Of a stretch of 64,000 nucleotides of DNA, positions 37,411 through 49,100 are shown piece after piece. The notes under the pieces are model-generated. The model did not search any database and was not told the DNA's origin. It saw nothing but the letters and a program-made list of their open reading frames with translations. Origin of the DNA: an uncultured Fidelibacterota bacterium (GTDB lineage Bacteria > Fidelibacterota > Marinisomatia > Marinisomatales > UBA1611); NCBI GenBank assembly GCA_913040915.1, contig CAJWHW010000006.1:1-64000 (forward strand), given 5' to 3'. The translations under genes and the position numbers were made by a program. Every line of letters starts with the position of its first letter. Within the stretch, counting starts at the first letter, position 1.

Positions 37411-39273
37411 TCAAGGGACATAGTCCTCTAAATACTTTAGCATTTTTGTCTGTTTTTTTAGCCATCCCAACCGAGTCTCCAATAATATGTAACGTATATC
37501 ATGGCGAAGGGCTGCCCATGATAGAGAGCCATCATCTATTGGTTTCCATTTTTCCTGAAGCACAACATTATATGGTGACTTTGCCAGTATTTTGAAATCA
37601 TTCGCGTTAGTGCAAAGGAAAAAATCTCTGGGGTTTTGATCTTCCTTAATTGATATAGAATCACTATTATCAATTTCTTTATGTACGTTGTAACCTCTAA
37701 AATTATTATGTATGGCCACAATCACACCTCCATTTTGAGGAAAAATCTCTTCTAAAAATTCATTCCTTTCCTGATTGATATTAGTCAAAATTTCCTTTTT
37801 TTTAGTATTGGACCAATGGATGTTATATTTATTAATGTTGTCCAATGTTCCATCTGATGAAAATATACGATTAGGATCAATAAGACCGCCATGATAACTT
37901 ATTTCTCGATCATCATTTTGGATGAAATAAGCTGTCCCAGAACTATTTTTCATATGTGCATCTAGTGCCATATAAGCTGTTTTTTCATCACCATGGAACC
38001 AAATATATTTTCTGTCTCTATTGCCATTCTTCACTATATCAAACTTTATTCCTCCAATTTCAACTATCTTTTTTATTTGTTTTTCTATTTCTAGCATTTC
38101 ATCTATATGCTGGATTACTTCACGTAATGTAATTTTTGTTGCTTTGTTTGCAACATCCCAATCCACAAGTCCGCCGATATGAATATGCCCGGCAGCAACA
38201 CAATCCATCCCGAGTGAATCCAAAAATGTTTTATACCACACACCTTGATACCCAAGAATTTCAGATAAGTAGCCCATTGAGCTTTCATGATAATCCACAT
38301 ATGAATTGAGACCTAGTTCTGCCTCATTAATGGATTTTACGATACGGCCTGTTGGTAGAGAAGAATAAAGTATTTTCTCATCATATAAATAGTTTTCTGA
38401 TATATTTCCAATTGTATCATCTATCCAAAGAAAACGATTTGAATTATGCCATTCAAGCTCCCAACTGTAGTCTATATATCCTCTACTAAATGTAATAATT
38501 GCTACTGGATTCAGTAACTCTACACTGTCCCAAAAATTTTCAAAAGTCTTTTCAATATCTATTTCAAAAGCTCCTTTTCCTTTTCCACAATTTCCACAAT
38601 CCTTTGGATCAAACTCTGGAAAATAGGAATAAATATCATAACCTCGATTTTCCCAATTTTCTCCAATCCAACCATCTGGATTAGTTAAGAGGCTTTTACT
38701 GAATGGACGTATTGCTTCATTAGAAGGAGGCCAATAACCACATAACAAAATATTTTTACTATGAATAGATTTTTCAAGGTCGTTTTTTGGTTTATCTAAT
38801 ACCATAGTTGAAGGGTATACAGAAGAGATTAGCTCTTTAAAGGGAAAAATTGGTTTGGTGCCAGACGGTACAGAAATTTCTATGAGAATTGATTGACTCT
38901 TTATTTGTCCAGTTACATTTGAATGATGATGTTGCATAATATTTTTTGTATAAGGTCCAACCCACCCACCTGTATTTAAATTAACTATATAGATAGAAGT
39001 ACTATCGGTTAGGGCTGAATCAATAATCTTAAAATGAATGGACTTTTCATCATCTAATGATATTATTAAATGATAGATTTCTTTATTATTGTGTTCTGTT
39101 GGTTCTAAAAACTGAATCAAATCACTTGGGAAAGAGGAAGGCACATCCATTTTAAGTTGATGAATTTCATCACTTAATTTCATTTTCAAATAAATTGGTT
39201 CACCATATGGTATTTCTTGTCCCCAAATTTTTAAGCTAAATATCAAAAAAAGTATCAATTCGCGTTTCAGCAT
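37411..39273 (-). CDS. Exported multidomain hypothetical peptidase (pyroglutamyl-peptidase-like plus Zn-carboxypeptidase-like)
   Basis: ILLCGYWPP, ELE, SSLP, GYLSE and GHIH (C15-like); HGDE, DPNRIF, AIHNN and DDGSLS (M14-like). Confidence 0.55.
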   Translation of the reverse strand: MLKRELILFLIFSLKIWGQEIPYGEPIYLKMKLSDEIHQLKMDVPSSFPSDLIQFLEPTEHNNKEIYHLIISLDDEKSIHFKIIDSALTDSTSIYIVNLNTGGWVGPYTKNIMQHHHSNVTGQIKSQSILIEISVPSGTKPIFPFKELISSVYPSTMVLDKPKNDLEKSIHSKNILLCGYWPPSNEAIRPFSKSLLTNPDGWIGENWENRGYDIYSYFPEFDPKDCGNCGKGKGAFEIDIEKTFENFWDSVELLNPVAIITFSRGYIDYSWELEWHNSNRFLWIDDTIGNISENYLYDEKILYSSLPTGRIVKSINEAELGLNSYVDYHESSMGYLSEILGYQGVWYKTFLDSLGMDCVAAGHIHIGGLVDWDVANKATKITLREVIQHIDEMLEIEKQIKKIVEIGGIKFDIVKNGNRDRKYIWFHGDEKTAYMALDAHMKNSSGTAYFIQNDDREISYHGGLIDPNRIFSSDGTLDNINKYNIHWSNTKKKEILTNINQERNEFLEEIFPQNGGVIVAIHNNFRGYNVHKEIDNSDSISIKEDQNPRDFFLCTNANDFKILAKSPYNVVLQEKWKPIDDGSLSWAALRHDIRYILLETRLGWLKKQTKMLKYLEDYVP

Positions 39274-39278
39274 AAATT

Positions 39279-40049
39279 CTAATCTAGAATAATGTTAGGG
39301 AAAAATTGATCATTTCCATCAAGTTCAATACAGGCATGCCCTTTAAGATTTACTTTTTTAAACTGCCCTTTTAGTGAATTCCCATTATGCATAAAAGAGA
39401 CAGTTTGATTAAGGTGCCCACAATAGTTTATCCAATTTTCTATAATTTCATTAGAATTTTGCAGTATTTTTTCCCAGCACTGTTCAAAAAAAGTTGTATA
39501 AATTGCGCATACTAATTCACGTTGGTGCACATTTCCTGTGACAATATTAAGAGATGTTGCTGTATTAACTAATTCACTAGGGAAATCTGTTTTAATTTCA
39601 TTGATATTTAACCCGAGACCTATAACTATAGCTTGGACTTGTTGTCCCGAAAGTCTAGTCTCACATAGAATACCGCCTACTTTTTTTTGTTGAAATAAAA
39701 TATCATTGGGCCATTTCAGATTCGGAGAAGAACCGCGGTTTTCCAATGTTCTTGCAACAGCCACTCCCGCAGCCAGAGGCACAAGACTCGCATTTTCAAT
39801 TGTGATTGAATCCATAAGAATAAGGGACATGGCCAATCCTTTACTTGGACTCATAAACCATGAATTTGTGCCACGACCCTTGCCTTTAAATTGATGATCT
39901 GTTATAACCATCATCCCATGTGTAGCTTCGCCAGAATCAATTAATTTCCAGGCTTCGTCATTTGTAGACCCCAGTCGATTATAATACTCAATCTGTTTTC
40001 CAAAGAGGTGTGTACGTAAGTTGGTTTGAATCAGGTTTGTAAAGATCAT
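39279..40049 (-). CDS. birA: Biotin--protein ligase (no HTH)
   Basis: STN, QFKGKGR, KWPND, KVGGILCE, GLGLN. Confidence 0.92.
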   Translation of the reverse strand: MIFTNLIQTNLRTHLFGKQIEYYNRLGSTNDEAWKLIDSGEATHGMMVITDHQFKGKGRGTNSWFMSPSKGLAMSLILMDSITIENASLVPLAAGVAVARTLENRGSSPNLKWPNDILFQQKKVGGILCETRLSGQQVQAIVIGLGLNINEIKTDFPSELVNTATSLNIVTGNVHQRELVCAIYTTFFEQCWEKILQNSNEIIENWINYCGHLNQTVSFMHNGNSLKGQFKKVNLKGHACIELDGNDQFFPNIILD

Positions 40050-40630
40050 GTCTCTAAAAATAGGTAGGTTAATTCAGTATAGGCTAATCCAATAGACAAA
40101 ACTATGCCTGTTATCACTTGGGTAGGCGTGTGAGCTTTTAATATTATGCGAGAAATACAAACCAATATCATGGATACGCTCATTATGACTGGTTCTTGAA
40201 TTCCAAAAATCCATAGAGCAACAAGAGGCCCACCAAGTCCAATAGCATGAATTGAAATTTTCCAATACCGAGTAATAAGCCATACAATTGCAGTATTTAA
40301 TGCATAACAGAACATAAGTCCTTGAACCAAAATCGGTGCCTGAAGATATTTTAATAGAAAAAATCCAAAACTATAATAAATGGTACCATATACTAATGGT
40401 TGAACCCGTTGCTCACGGATAGATGCATCAAAATCTGAAATTTCCCCTTCTTTTTTTAAAAATAATACTGTAGCAATAGTTAGAAGTGTAGTGAATAGGA
40501 AAGAAATAAAAAAGATTAGATGTGGATTCGAATTATTATCGCTGCCGTAAACTAATACTCCAAATGTAAATGTTGCTACTACCATTGGATGAAAAAGAAT
40601 TGAAAAAAAATTAGCTAGTTTTAACAGCAT
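40046..40630 (-). CDS. PAP2-like integral membrane protein
   Basis: Several transmembrane helices with KISIH and SRIILKAHTPTQV. Confidence 0.65.
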   Translation of the reverse strand: MLLKLANFFSILFHPMVVATFTFGVLVYGSDNNSNPHLIFFISFLFTTLLTIATVLFLKKEGEISDFDASIREQRVQPLVYGTIYYSFGFFLLKYLQAPILVQGLMFCYALNTAIVWLITRYWKISIHAIGLGGPLVALWIFGIQEPVIMSVSMILVCISRIILKAHTPTQVITGIVLSIGLAYTELTYLFLET

Positions 40631-40633
40631 GAA

Positions 40634-42127
40634 TCATATATTCCCATATTCACCAAACACTTCACGAAAAGTATCCGCTATCTCACCCAATGTACAATCA
40701 TTTTTAACACAATTAATTATAACTGGTATTACATTTTGATCTGTTTCAGCAGCGGATTTTAAATTCGCTATTTGTTTCTTAACCTGATCATTATTTCGCG
40801 TCTGCTTTAATTTCTTTATCGATGCAATTTGTTCATTAACTTTTTCTGTATCAATTTTTAAGAGCTCCGGTTCAATCTCTTCCTGATTTTCATATTTATT
40901 TACTCCAACAATGATCTTTTCTTTTGTATCAATTTTTTTCTGATAATTATAAGCACTGCTTGTAATTTCATTCTGAGTCCAACCCATCTCTATGGCTGGG
41001 ACAGCTCCACCTATTCGGTCTATTTCTTCAATAATTCTGAAGGATTCCTTTACGAAATTTTCAGTCATTTTTTCTATCACAAAACTCCCACCAAATGGAT
41101 CAGGATATTGAGGAACACCGCTTTCTTCAGCAATGATTTGCTGTGTTCTTAATGCTAATTTAACAGCTTCATCAGTCGGCAATGCCAAAGCTTCGTCCCG
41201 ACTATTTGTGTGTAGAGATTGAGTACCACCTAAGACTGCTGATAAGGCTTGAATGGTTGTCCTAACCACATTATTATTAATTTGTGTAGCAGTGAGAGTT
41301 GATCCACCTGTTTGAGTATGGAACCGACATAAAAGAGCTTTATGATTTTTAACTCCAAATCGTTTTGTCAAAATCGTAGCCCATAATTTCCTTGCAGCAC
41401 GAAACTTTGCGATCTCTTCTAGAAAACCATTGTGAGCATTAAAGAAAAAAGATAATCTTGAAGCAAACTTATTAGGGTCTAATCCTTTTTCAATTGCGGC
41501 TTGAACGTATGCAATTGCATTAGCAAATGTAAAGGCTAATTCCTGTACAGCAGTACTACCAGCTTCTCGAATATGATATCCAGAAATAGAAATTGTATTC
41601 CATTGAGGAATATATTCTGAACAAAATTCAAAAATATCTGTAGTTAGTCGCATAGAAGCAGCTGGAGGATAAATATAGGTTCCGCGAGCAATATATTCCT
41701 TTAAGATATCATTTTGAATTGTCCCTTTGATCTTGGTAGGAGTAACACCTTGTTTTTCTGCAGTAGCTATATAGAGTGCCAATAATATAGGTGCAGTTGC
41801 ATTGATTGTCATGGAAGTAGAAACTTGGTCCAACGGAATGTTTTTAAAAAGTATTTCCATATTTTGCAGGCTGGAAATAGGTACTCCTACTTTACCAACC
41901 TCGCCTGTGGCTAAAGGATGATCAGAATCGTAACCGATCTGTGTTGGAAGATCAAATGCAACTGATAAGCCCATTACACCATTTTCTAATAAGTATTTGT
42001 AGCGGTTATTTGATTCTTCTGCAGAAGTAAAGCCGGCATATTGACGTATTGTCCACAGCCTTTCTTTGTACATATCTTGATATATGCCCCGGGTGAAAGG
42101 AAATTGGCCTGGCTTTAACTTATTCAT
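40634..42127 (-). CDS. Methylmalonyl-CoA mutase, substrate-binding subunit (no B12-binding domain)
   Basis: [43 protein letters not shown]. Confidence 0.9.
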   Translation of the reverse strand: MNKLKPGQFPFTRGIYQDMYKERLWTIRQYAGFTSAEESNNRYKYLLENGVMGLSVAFDLPTQIGYDSDHPLATGEVGKVGVPISSLQNMEILFKNIPLDQVSTSMTINATAPILLALYIATAEKQGVTPTKIKGTIQNDILKEYIARGTYIYPPAASMRLTTDIFEFCSEYIPQWNTISISGYHIREAGSTAVQELAFTFANAIAYVQAAIEKGLDPNKFASRLSFFFNAHNGFLEEIAKFRAARKLWATILTKRFGVKNHKALLCRFHTQTGGSTLTATQINNNVVRTTIQALSAVLGGTQSLHTNSRDEALALPTDEAVKLALRTQQIIAEESGVPQYPDPFGGSFVIEKMTENFVKESFRIIEEIDRIGGAVPAIEMGWTQNEITSSAYNYQKKIDTKEKIIVGVNKYENQEEIEPELLKIDTEKVNEQIASIKKLKQTRNNDQVKKQIANLKSAAETDQNVIPVIINCVKNDCTLGEIADTFREVFGEYGNI

Positions 42128-42861
42128 GTCATTCCTCGTTCTTTTTTAATTTGCTGGTATGCATCATTTACAGCCTTGAATTTTTCTTCTGCTAATTTTT
42201 GCATTTCTTCACCAAGATGAGCTACTTTGTCTGGATGGTATTTATTGGCCATTTTTCTATAGGCTTTTTTTACATCACTATCAGAAGCAGACTTCTTAAT
42301 CTCCAAAATTTTATAATTCGAAGACTCATCCTTCAAAAACATGGCTTTCAAGGATTCAACATCATTTTTATTAATATTAAGATAGTTTGCAATAGTATAA
42401 ATAACTCGAACTTCATCAGGGTGTACGTGACCATCAGCTGCTGAAAGTCCAAAAAGCACATGGATCAATTCCAATCTACTAGGATGATCCATGGAGCGCT
42501 GTATCTGGTTGCATACATCCTTCAATGGGTAATCTTGCTCAAGAATATCCTTAAAGAGTGTCATCAGTTCCCTAGTTTGGTGTAGACCAAACTGCTGTTT
42601 AAGAAAGTTTTTCACATAGTCTAATTCTGATTTTAATAGTTTGCCATCCGCTTTCATTACTTTTGCAAATAAAACCAGAATTGTAACAACAAAATCAGCA
42701 GGCCTGGTTTGGGTGTATTGCCGTCTGCTCCTAGTGGATCCAGTCCACTGAGAAGATTGTTCATCGGTCATTGAAGCAAAGGTATACCCTAAAATAGCAC
42801 CTATGGGTCCACCCATGACCCAGCCTAAGCCACCCCATAACCATTTTTTATTTATAGGCAT
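42124..42861 (-). CDS. djlA: DjlA-like co-chaperone (TM-TerB-J domain)
   Basis: [17 protein letters not shown]-domain HPD. Confidence 0.8.
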   Translation of the reverse strand: MPINKKWLWGGLGWVMGGPIGAILGYTFASMTDEQSSQWTGSTRSRRQYTQTRPADFVVTILVLFAKVMKADGKLLKSELDYVKNFLKQQFGLHQTRELMTLFKDILEQDYPLKDVCNQIQRSMDHPSRLELIHVLFGLSAADGHVHPDEVRVIYTIANYLNINKNDVESLKAMFLKDESSNYKILEIKKSASDSDVKKAYRKMANKYHPDKVAHLGEEMQKLAEEKFKAVNDAYQQIKKERGMT

Positions 42862-42979
42862 AAAAACCCTTTAAATGGAATAAAGTAAATATGATTGAAA
42901 ACTAATCCTAAATTTATCCGTTAAACTATAATAGTTCACAGGAGTTTTAAGATCAAGCAACATAGGGTATATTCCACCC

Positions 42980-43522
42980 ATGGAAATCCCACTGCGAATT
43001 AGAATTCTTCTCTGGTGGAAGATTATCTTTAGAAGAAAAAATAATCAATCAGAATTGGTAAAAATTGGAGAAGATGGACAGGGTGTAGCCACAATATTAT
43101 TTTTGTTACCTGCAGAAAAAGAATATGCCCAAATCGCAGGATATTTTGTTAAAGAAGATTTTGATAATCAATTGCGACAAATTCATTATGTAGTTCATGA
43201 AAATGGGTTGAGATTTTATCCAGATCAGTTAAAACCAAATATTATTACATTTAATGATAAAGATTTAAATTTTCTCGGAGAATTGGTATCAAAATCAATT
43301 TTAGACCGTATCCGATCCATTGAATATGATGCACTGGTGGATCTTAATCAATCATTAGATCAGACATTGTCTCTATTATCTTTGGAGTTGGATATACCGG
43401 TTAAAATTGGTTTTCAATCACCCATTTCAGATAAACTTTATTCCCTTGAAATTCAAAAATCAACAAAAGGATTTTTAGAACAGACTTATGAAACTATTGA
43501 ACGTTTGTTGGGTTTAGTATGA
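42980..43522 (+). CDS. Conserved hypothetical protein
   Basis: 180-aa ORF with YDALVDLN…KIGF; ATGA-coupled to the next gene. Confidence 0.6.
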   Translation: MEIPLRIRILLWWKIIFRRKNNQSELVKIGEDGQGVATILFLLPAEKEYAQIAGYFVKEDFDNQLRQIHYVVHENGLRFYPDQLKPNIITFNDKDLNFLGELVSKSILDRIRSIEYDALVDLNQSLDQTLSLLSLELDIPVKIGFQSPISDKLYSLEIQKSTKGFLEQTYETIERLLGLV

Positions 43523-44652
43523 GAATGATATTATTTGAAGATCAGTATACACCTAATTTGGAACCGATTATAATGACGCGACCCGTTTTTGATCTCCGAT
43601 TTGGGTCAAATACGCTTTTAAATCGTGTTGCGAAAATATGTTCAGAGGATATAATTAGTTTTTGGGTCAGGGACGAGCTTTTAGAACGAACTGCTGAAAT
43701 ATATCCAGACACAATAATCAATAAAGTCCCCAACGAAGAAACTCTTTGGCTGAATGCTCGAGTTTTATGGACGCAGAAATTGATATCAGATTTAAAAAAT
43801 TCTTCAGCAGGTATTTTCATGAATAGCAATAATTTAATTGGTGCAAAATTATCAAAGTCTGTCGCTGAAGAATGGCTTAAATCTGGTGGGCCATTATCTT
43901 TTTTCCCACCGGAGGGGGAAGTTCACCACATTGATGATACAATTTTAATTAATTATTTATGGGATTTATTAGCATTAATTCCTAAGGCTGTAGAAGAATC
44001 AAAGATATCTAATTATATCTCACCAAAATTGAAATATGTCATTATTGATGAAAGTGAGGCTGATGTTTTTATAGATGAAGATGTAATCGTTGAACCATTC
44101 TCTTACCTCAAAGGGCCTCTTTACATCGGGGAAAAAAGTATTATTTCATCGCATTCTAAAATCAGTAATTCAGTAATCGGATCCGGATGTAAAATTGGAG
44201 GTGAGGTTAGTGGCACGATCATTCAAGGTAATACGAATAAAGTACATGATGGGTTTCTCGGAGACAGTTATTTAGGTGAATGGGTTAATCTTGGCGCTGG
44301 GACAACCAACAGTAATTTAAAAAATAATTACCAGCCTGTAGTTATGCAAGTAAATAAAGAGCTAGTCCGATCAGAACGCCAATTTTTGGGATCAATGATT
44401 GGAGATCATTCCAAAACAGCTATCGGTACTCAACTAAATACAGGTACAAATATTGGTGTTGGCTGTAATATTATGGCACAGACTTTTTCGGATCGCCATA
44501 TTCCTTCGTTTACATTTTTCGATCAAGGGAAATATCAAGAAATAAATTTTAATAAATTTATTCAAACGGCAGAAATAGTGAAAAACCGTCGAAATAAATC
44601 CTTAAAACCCTGTGAAAAAAAGTTATTAGAAACCTTATTTTTATCTCGGTAA
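43519..44652 (+). CDS. GlmU-like putative sugar nucleotidyltransferase/hexapeptide acyltransferase
   Basis: RPVFDLRFG, KVHDGFLGDSYLGEWVNLGAGTTNSNLKN, GDHSKTAI. Confidence 0.8.
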   Translation: MRMILFEDQYTPNLEPIIMTRPVFDLRFGSNTLLNRVAKICSEDIISFWVRDELLERTAEIYPDTIINKVPNEETLWLNARVLWTQKLISDLKNSSAGIFMNSNNLIGAKLSKSVAEEWLKSGGPLSFFPPEGEVHHIDDTILINYLWDLLALIPKAVEESKISNYISPKLKYVIIDESEADVFIDEDVIVEPFSYLKGPLYIGEKSIISSHSKISNSVIGSGCKIGGEVSGTIIQGNTNKVHDGFLGDSYLGEWVNLGAGTTNSNLKNNYQPVVMQVNKELVRSERQFLGSMIGDHSKTAIGTQLNTGTNIGVGCNIMAQTFSDRHIPSFTFFDQGKYQEINFNKFIQTAEIVKNRRNKSLKPCEKKLLETLFLSR

Positions 44653-44701
44653 AAGCCAACTCATCAATTATATTATCCGCCGATTTTAGAGGAAAAAACA
44701 A

Positions 44702-45103
44702 ATGCTTGAAGGCTTAATCTGCCCTGTTTGCGAAAATACAATTGAAGAGATAGATCTTAAAGAATCACTGAAATGTCCTCATTGTGCAGTTGATTTGAAA
44801 AACAGAAAATTCTTAGATTTTCTTGAGTTTCTCATGGCTAACGGTATTGTGGAAAATTTAGATTTTTTTGATCAGGAAGTTTACAGTGATGATGTAGATG
44901 ATCTGGATCAAACAAAAGAAGAAGAGGGAGACCCCAGTGAATTTGAAAAAAAGAAAGATCTTTTTAATATATATGAGAATGAACTCCATCCTAAAAATGT
45001 TGAGGAAGATGAGGGAATCAAAGATTATACTCAATTTGAAGGTATTAATGATGATTGGGAGGAGTTTAATGAACGGGATTTTTCAAAGTCCAGTGACAAA
45101 TAG
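44702..45103 (+). CDS. Hypothetical Zn-ribbon protein with very acidic C-terminus
   Basis: CPVC…CPHC; D/E-rich tail; GAGG RBS. Confidence 0.7.
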   Translation: MLEGLICPVCENTIEEIDLKESLKCPHCAVDLKNRKFLDFLEFLMANGIVENLDFFDQEVYSDDVDDLDQTKEEEGDPSEFEKKKDLFNIYENELHPKNVEEDEGIKDYTQFEGINDDWEEFNERDFSKSSDK

Positions 45104-45111
45104 GACGTAAT

Positions 45112-45438
45112 ATGGAAGAAAAAAAGAAAAATGTTCAACAAATAAATATTGAGTTGGATGAAAAAATCAGTTCCGGTGAATATGCGAATTTTGTAGTGGT
45201 TACGCATTCACCTGCAGAATTTGTATTAGACTTTACCAGGATTTTGCCTGGAGTACCTAAAGCAAAAGTTCATTCTAGAATTGTCATGGCTCCTCAGCAT
45301 GCTAAAGCATTTTTGGGAGCTTTAAATGATAATATTCAAAAATTTGAAGCGAAAAATGGGGAAATCAAAATGCCTAGCCGTGATGAAGGCTTTTCATCAT
45401 TTGGTGTAAAACCACCAAATGACGTTCTTCCAAACTAA
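45112..45438 (+). CDS. DUF3467 family protein
   Basis: GEYAN, HSPAEFVLDF, SRIVMAPQHAK. Confidence 0.85.
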   Translation: MEEKKKNVQQINIELDEKISSGEYANFVVVTHSPAEFVLDFTRILPGVPKAKVHSRIVMAPQHAKAFLGALNDNIQKFEAKNGEIKMPSRDEGFSSFGVKPPNDVLPN

Positions 45439-46037
45439 ACATATTTTTCAGGTAAATCACTTTCATACCATACCCAGGTATGGCCGCGCTTTAATTCTCT
45501 CATTTTTAAGATTACCCAAAAGGTAAGAACAATCCAAGCCACCGCGTAACCAAATAATGCACCTACTATAACATCTGCAGGGTAGTGTACCCCAACGTAG
45601 ACTCTTGAAAAAGCAATAGTTATAGCTAAGATAAGAATCGGATATTTCATTTTGCTATAGAAGTAGGATAAAATAACAAATGAGGCAAACATATTGGCTG
45701 CGTGATTGGATGGCATACTCCATTTTCCTCCTTTTCCAACCAATAGATTCAAGTATTCTGTTAGTTCATGAGAAGGGCGAATTCGACTAAAATATGGTTT
45801 TAAGAGTTGTGCGGAAACAGCATCTGTGAGTCCCAAAGAAATGATTAAAATTATAAGGGTAATCCTACCTCTTTTCCCATTATAAAATAAAAGATAAAGA
45901 ATCAGTGCTATGATAGGTACTATCCAATTATCTTTATTGGTAATCAGAGGCATGAAAAGATCAAAAATTGGATTGGATAGAGATTGATTTATCCAAAACA
46001 GGATTATCACATCAATCGATTCTAAAATTTGGTACAT
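45435..46037 (-). CDS. PAP2 family phosphatase
   Basis: K…RIRP, SMPSNHA, SRVYVGVHYPAD. Confidence 0.9.
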   Translation of the reverse strand: MYQILESIDVIILFWINQSLSNPIFDLFMPLITNKDNWIVPIIALILYLLFYNGKRGRITLIILIISLGLTDAVSAQLLKPYFSRIRPSHELTEYLNLLVGKGGKWSMPSNHAANMFASFVILSYFYSKMKYPILILAITIAFSRVYVGVHYPADVIVGALFGYAVAWIVLTFWVILKMRELKRGHTWVWYESDLPEKYV

Positions 46038-46121
46038 TTGATAAATTTAAACCTAATAGTGAAAATTTGAATTTTCTTTTCAGCTCAAATAATGGAAGTC
46101 AAAAAATGAATGAGGCTTTAT

Positions 46122-49100
46122 TTAAAATCTTGTCTGAAGCCTAAGAAGGAGTACTCTGCCTAATGATGGACCGCCAATAATTTCTGTATGTTGATGATTT
46201 AAAACATTAGAGACAGTAAAATTTCCTTTTAAGTATTGATTAAATTCGTAACCCAGATGTAGGTCAAAAATTGTATAGGGTTTAATATTGCCAAAATAAA
46301 TTCCTGATGACCACTTAAATCCATCTACATACCGAGCATTTAATGATGCTGTAAATGGTGTCCGCCTCGGATTGAATTGTAGTTTCATCCCTGCTTTATG
46401 TCGAGGTGCATTGATTGGGTCTTTTGCCTTAGTGATAGGATTATAAAATTCTGTCATTCCTAAATGGGAATAAGTGAGATCCAATGACCATTCTAAATTT
46501 AAAATAGCTGTGATGCTAGCATCTAGTCCCCACATATCCACTTCGCCATAATTGATATAACCAACTACTACAGGAGGTGTATAACCAGGAATGGTATCCA
46601 TAGCTGTGACTCCCTGGATACTTCCGCGCCAATGGTTAAATGCCTCATCATAATCATCTCTATCTATGATATTATCATTTTCAAGATCTTTGATCGTATT
46701 TATTAAACTATCGCCATCATAATCCGTTTCCAATACAGATTTTTCAATAACGATTGGTGTTATGAATGTAACAGGGCTAACAAAACTACTATAATGACTA
46801 GTATATAAATCAAGCGTACCAAAAACTCTAGAGTTCAAGCGTCCCTTCCAGCCAAATTCCCAAGATTTAACTGTTTCTGCTTTGATTTCAGGTAAATCTG
46901 TAACTGTTTGTCCAAAAAACCCTGGAATTTTTGGATCTGTGGATGGATAAAAGAAAATACTTTCACTGGTGTCAACCGGTTGATAATTGAATTCTTTGGT
47001 ACTATAGTAATAAGGATTTCCCACTGAATCTTTTGGAAAAACATACCCGCCATCTGCACCACGAGCATACACTTTAAAGATTGAAACCCTAGTAACAAAA
47101 ATGTCTAAAAATAAAGCCTGATTGGAAGGAGTATTAAAAGCTGTAGCCCAGGTCAGACGGAAATTCTGGTTTTCTTTAGGTCGGTATACTAAACCTATTT
47201 TAGGTGAAATTTGAATACCATCAGTTTGATCAAAATCAAAATTCCAATCAAAAGGACTATAGCCCATTCCATAGCCCTGATTATTAAATTCGATTAAATT
47301 AGTTAAGCGGTCATGGATATCAAACCGCGTAGCTTGAATAAATTCCCATTTTGGATTCAGTTTCCAATTGACCTGGTAATACGCGCCTAATTCATTCACC
47401 GTATAACGGTTGTCTTCGGCTGCTTCATCTATACCTTCATCTATATTTTCATCAATCTTTCCATCACCATCATTATCTTTACCATCAGCATAGACTAAGA
47501 ATCGTTGTCCGCCAAGCCATTGAACACCTGGTTCAACAGTTTCTCCAAGTTCAAATTTTCCACTACCGTCTGCATCTACATAGTCAGGAATACCATTGCC
47601 ATTCAAATCTTTAAAATCATCACTGTCCTGATCATTATCAAATCCATCTGCGATTGCTCCCAGGACTGAATCAGTCGAATCAGTTGGTGTACCGGTTGCT
47701 GTTCCATTTTCTGTTGCCCATCTTGTAAAGTTTTCTCCAGTGTCATACCAAGTATTATCATTTTTATCATAAAAAATATAAGGTGATCCAGATTCGCCAG
47801 TATTATTGTTATCCCTTTTATCAGAAAAATTTTTATCAGATAAAATAGTACCACGGGTATCCGGTAGAGTTAAAAAATAGTCTATACCCCAGACAAATCG
47901 TAAATCACCATTTTTCCATTCATTTATATGCTGTAGTTGTGCACTGAATTTTTTTGATCTATCATAAATTATACTTCCTGTCGCAAGGTTACGCGTTGGT
48001 CGTTCTGGATCACCAGAATAACTAGTATTTAAATAACTTTGTAAAAAGAAATTCTTATATCTTGCTTTGGCTTGATAATAGCGGTAGACCCAACCATCCG
48101 CAAGATAACGTGCGATTCCAGTAATATTAATATTGCGTGCCCATGCATATCCATGTGATAAACTCATAGTGAGATCTGAGTTGGGTTCCCAGTCTAAGCG
48201 AAGATCATATCTATAATTTCTTACTTTGAATTCTGGGAAGTCATCTATCCCATCATCGTTTGCATCTGGATAAATATGTGGTAGCCCTCCGTAATCAATC
48301 GAAAAATCCTTTTCATCTTTTTCATCTACACCTATTTCCCCTATACTTGGTTTTCCATTCTCATCTAAATCGTTGAATTCAAATTGATCCCATTGACCAT
48401 TCCCGTTTAAATCTGTGTAAGATTCACCATCCCAAGTACCATTACCTTCACCATAATCATTTGTATTGCGTGTTAAATCTAAACCAAAATCTGCAAATAG
48501 CTCAGCATTGGTATAAGAGCCATCACCATTTAAATCAGTAAATGGCTCTCCAGAATCATATGATCCATTTTCATTTGAATCTATAAAAGGTTCAGCATCG
48601 TCCCAAATACCATTTTCATTGGTATCAAAAAAAATTTCTGAAGAAGGAAAGCCATTTCCATCAAAATCTTCAAAATCTTCTTCTGGAACATCCCAGGGCT
48701 TATTGTTTGCATCAATATATAGACCCCAATCCCCGTCATCATCTAATCCATTTGATCCCCAGTCATCATCATAAATTCCATTTTGATTTGTATCAAATAC
48801 AATATTTCCTTCTGAATCATATTTATAATCTCCAAATCCAGACTTATGGGAGGAATCCATCACAGACCAGACTGAATCAGGACTGGAAAAAACTGTAAGA
48901 TATGGATCACCTGTAATTGAACTTCCAAATCTGTCCAACCATGCACTCCCTATTTCATCTGATTCATCAACCAATCCATCTCTATCATTATCAACACCAT
49001 CATACCATGCTTCAGGTTCATCATCAATCCCAAGATCAATCCCTTCATCTATTGCACCGTCCCCATCATTGTCAATCCCATCTGCATAAACATTTCCAAT

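Noticed and set aside
40634..42127. Isobutyryl-CoA mutase
   Set aside because: The specificity position reads RQYAGF (Tyr), as in methylmalonyl-CoA mutases.
48300..49090. DNA-level repeat array or diversity-generating target
   Set aside because: Repeats are conserved at the protein level with diverged codons; no reverse transcriptase or near-identical template repeat is in the window.
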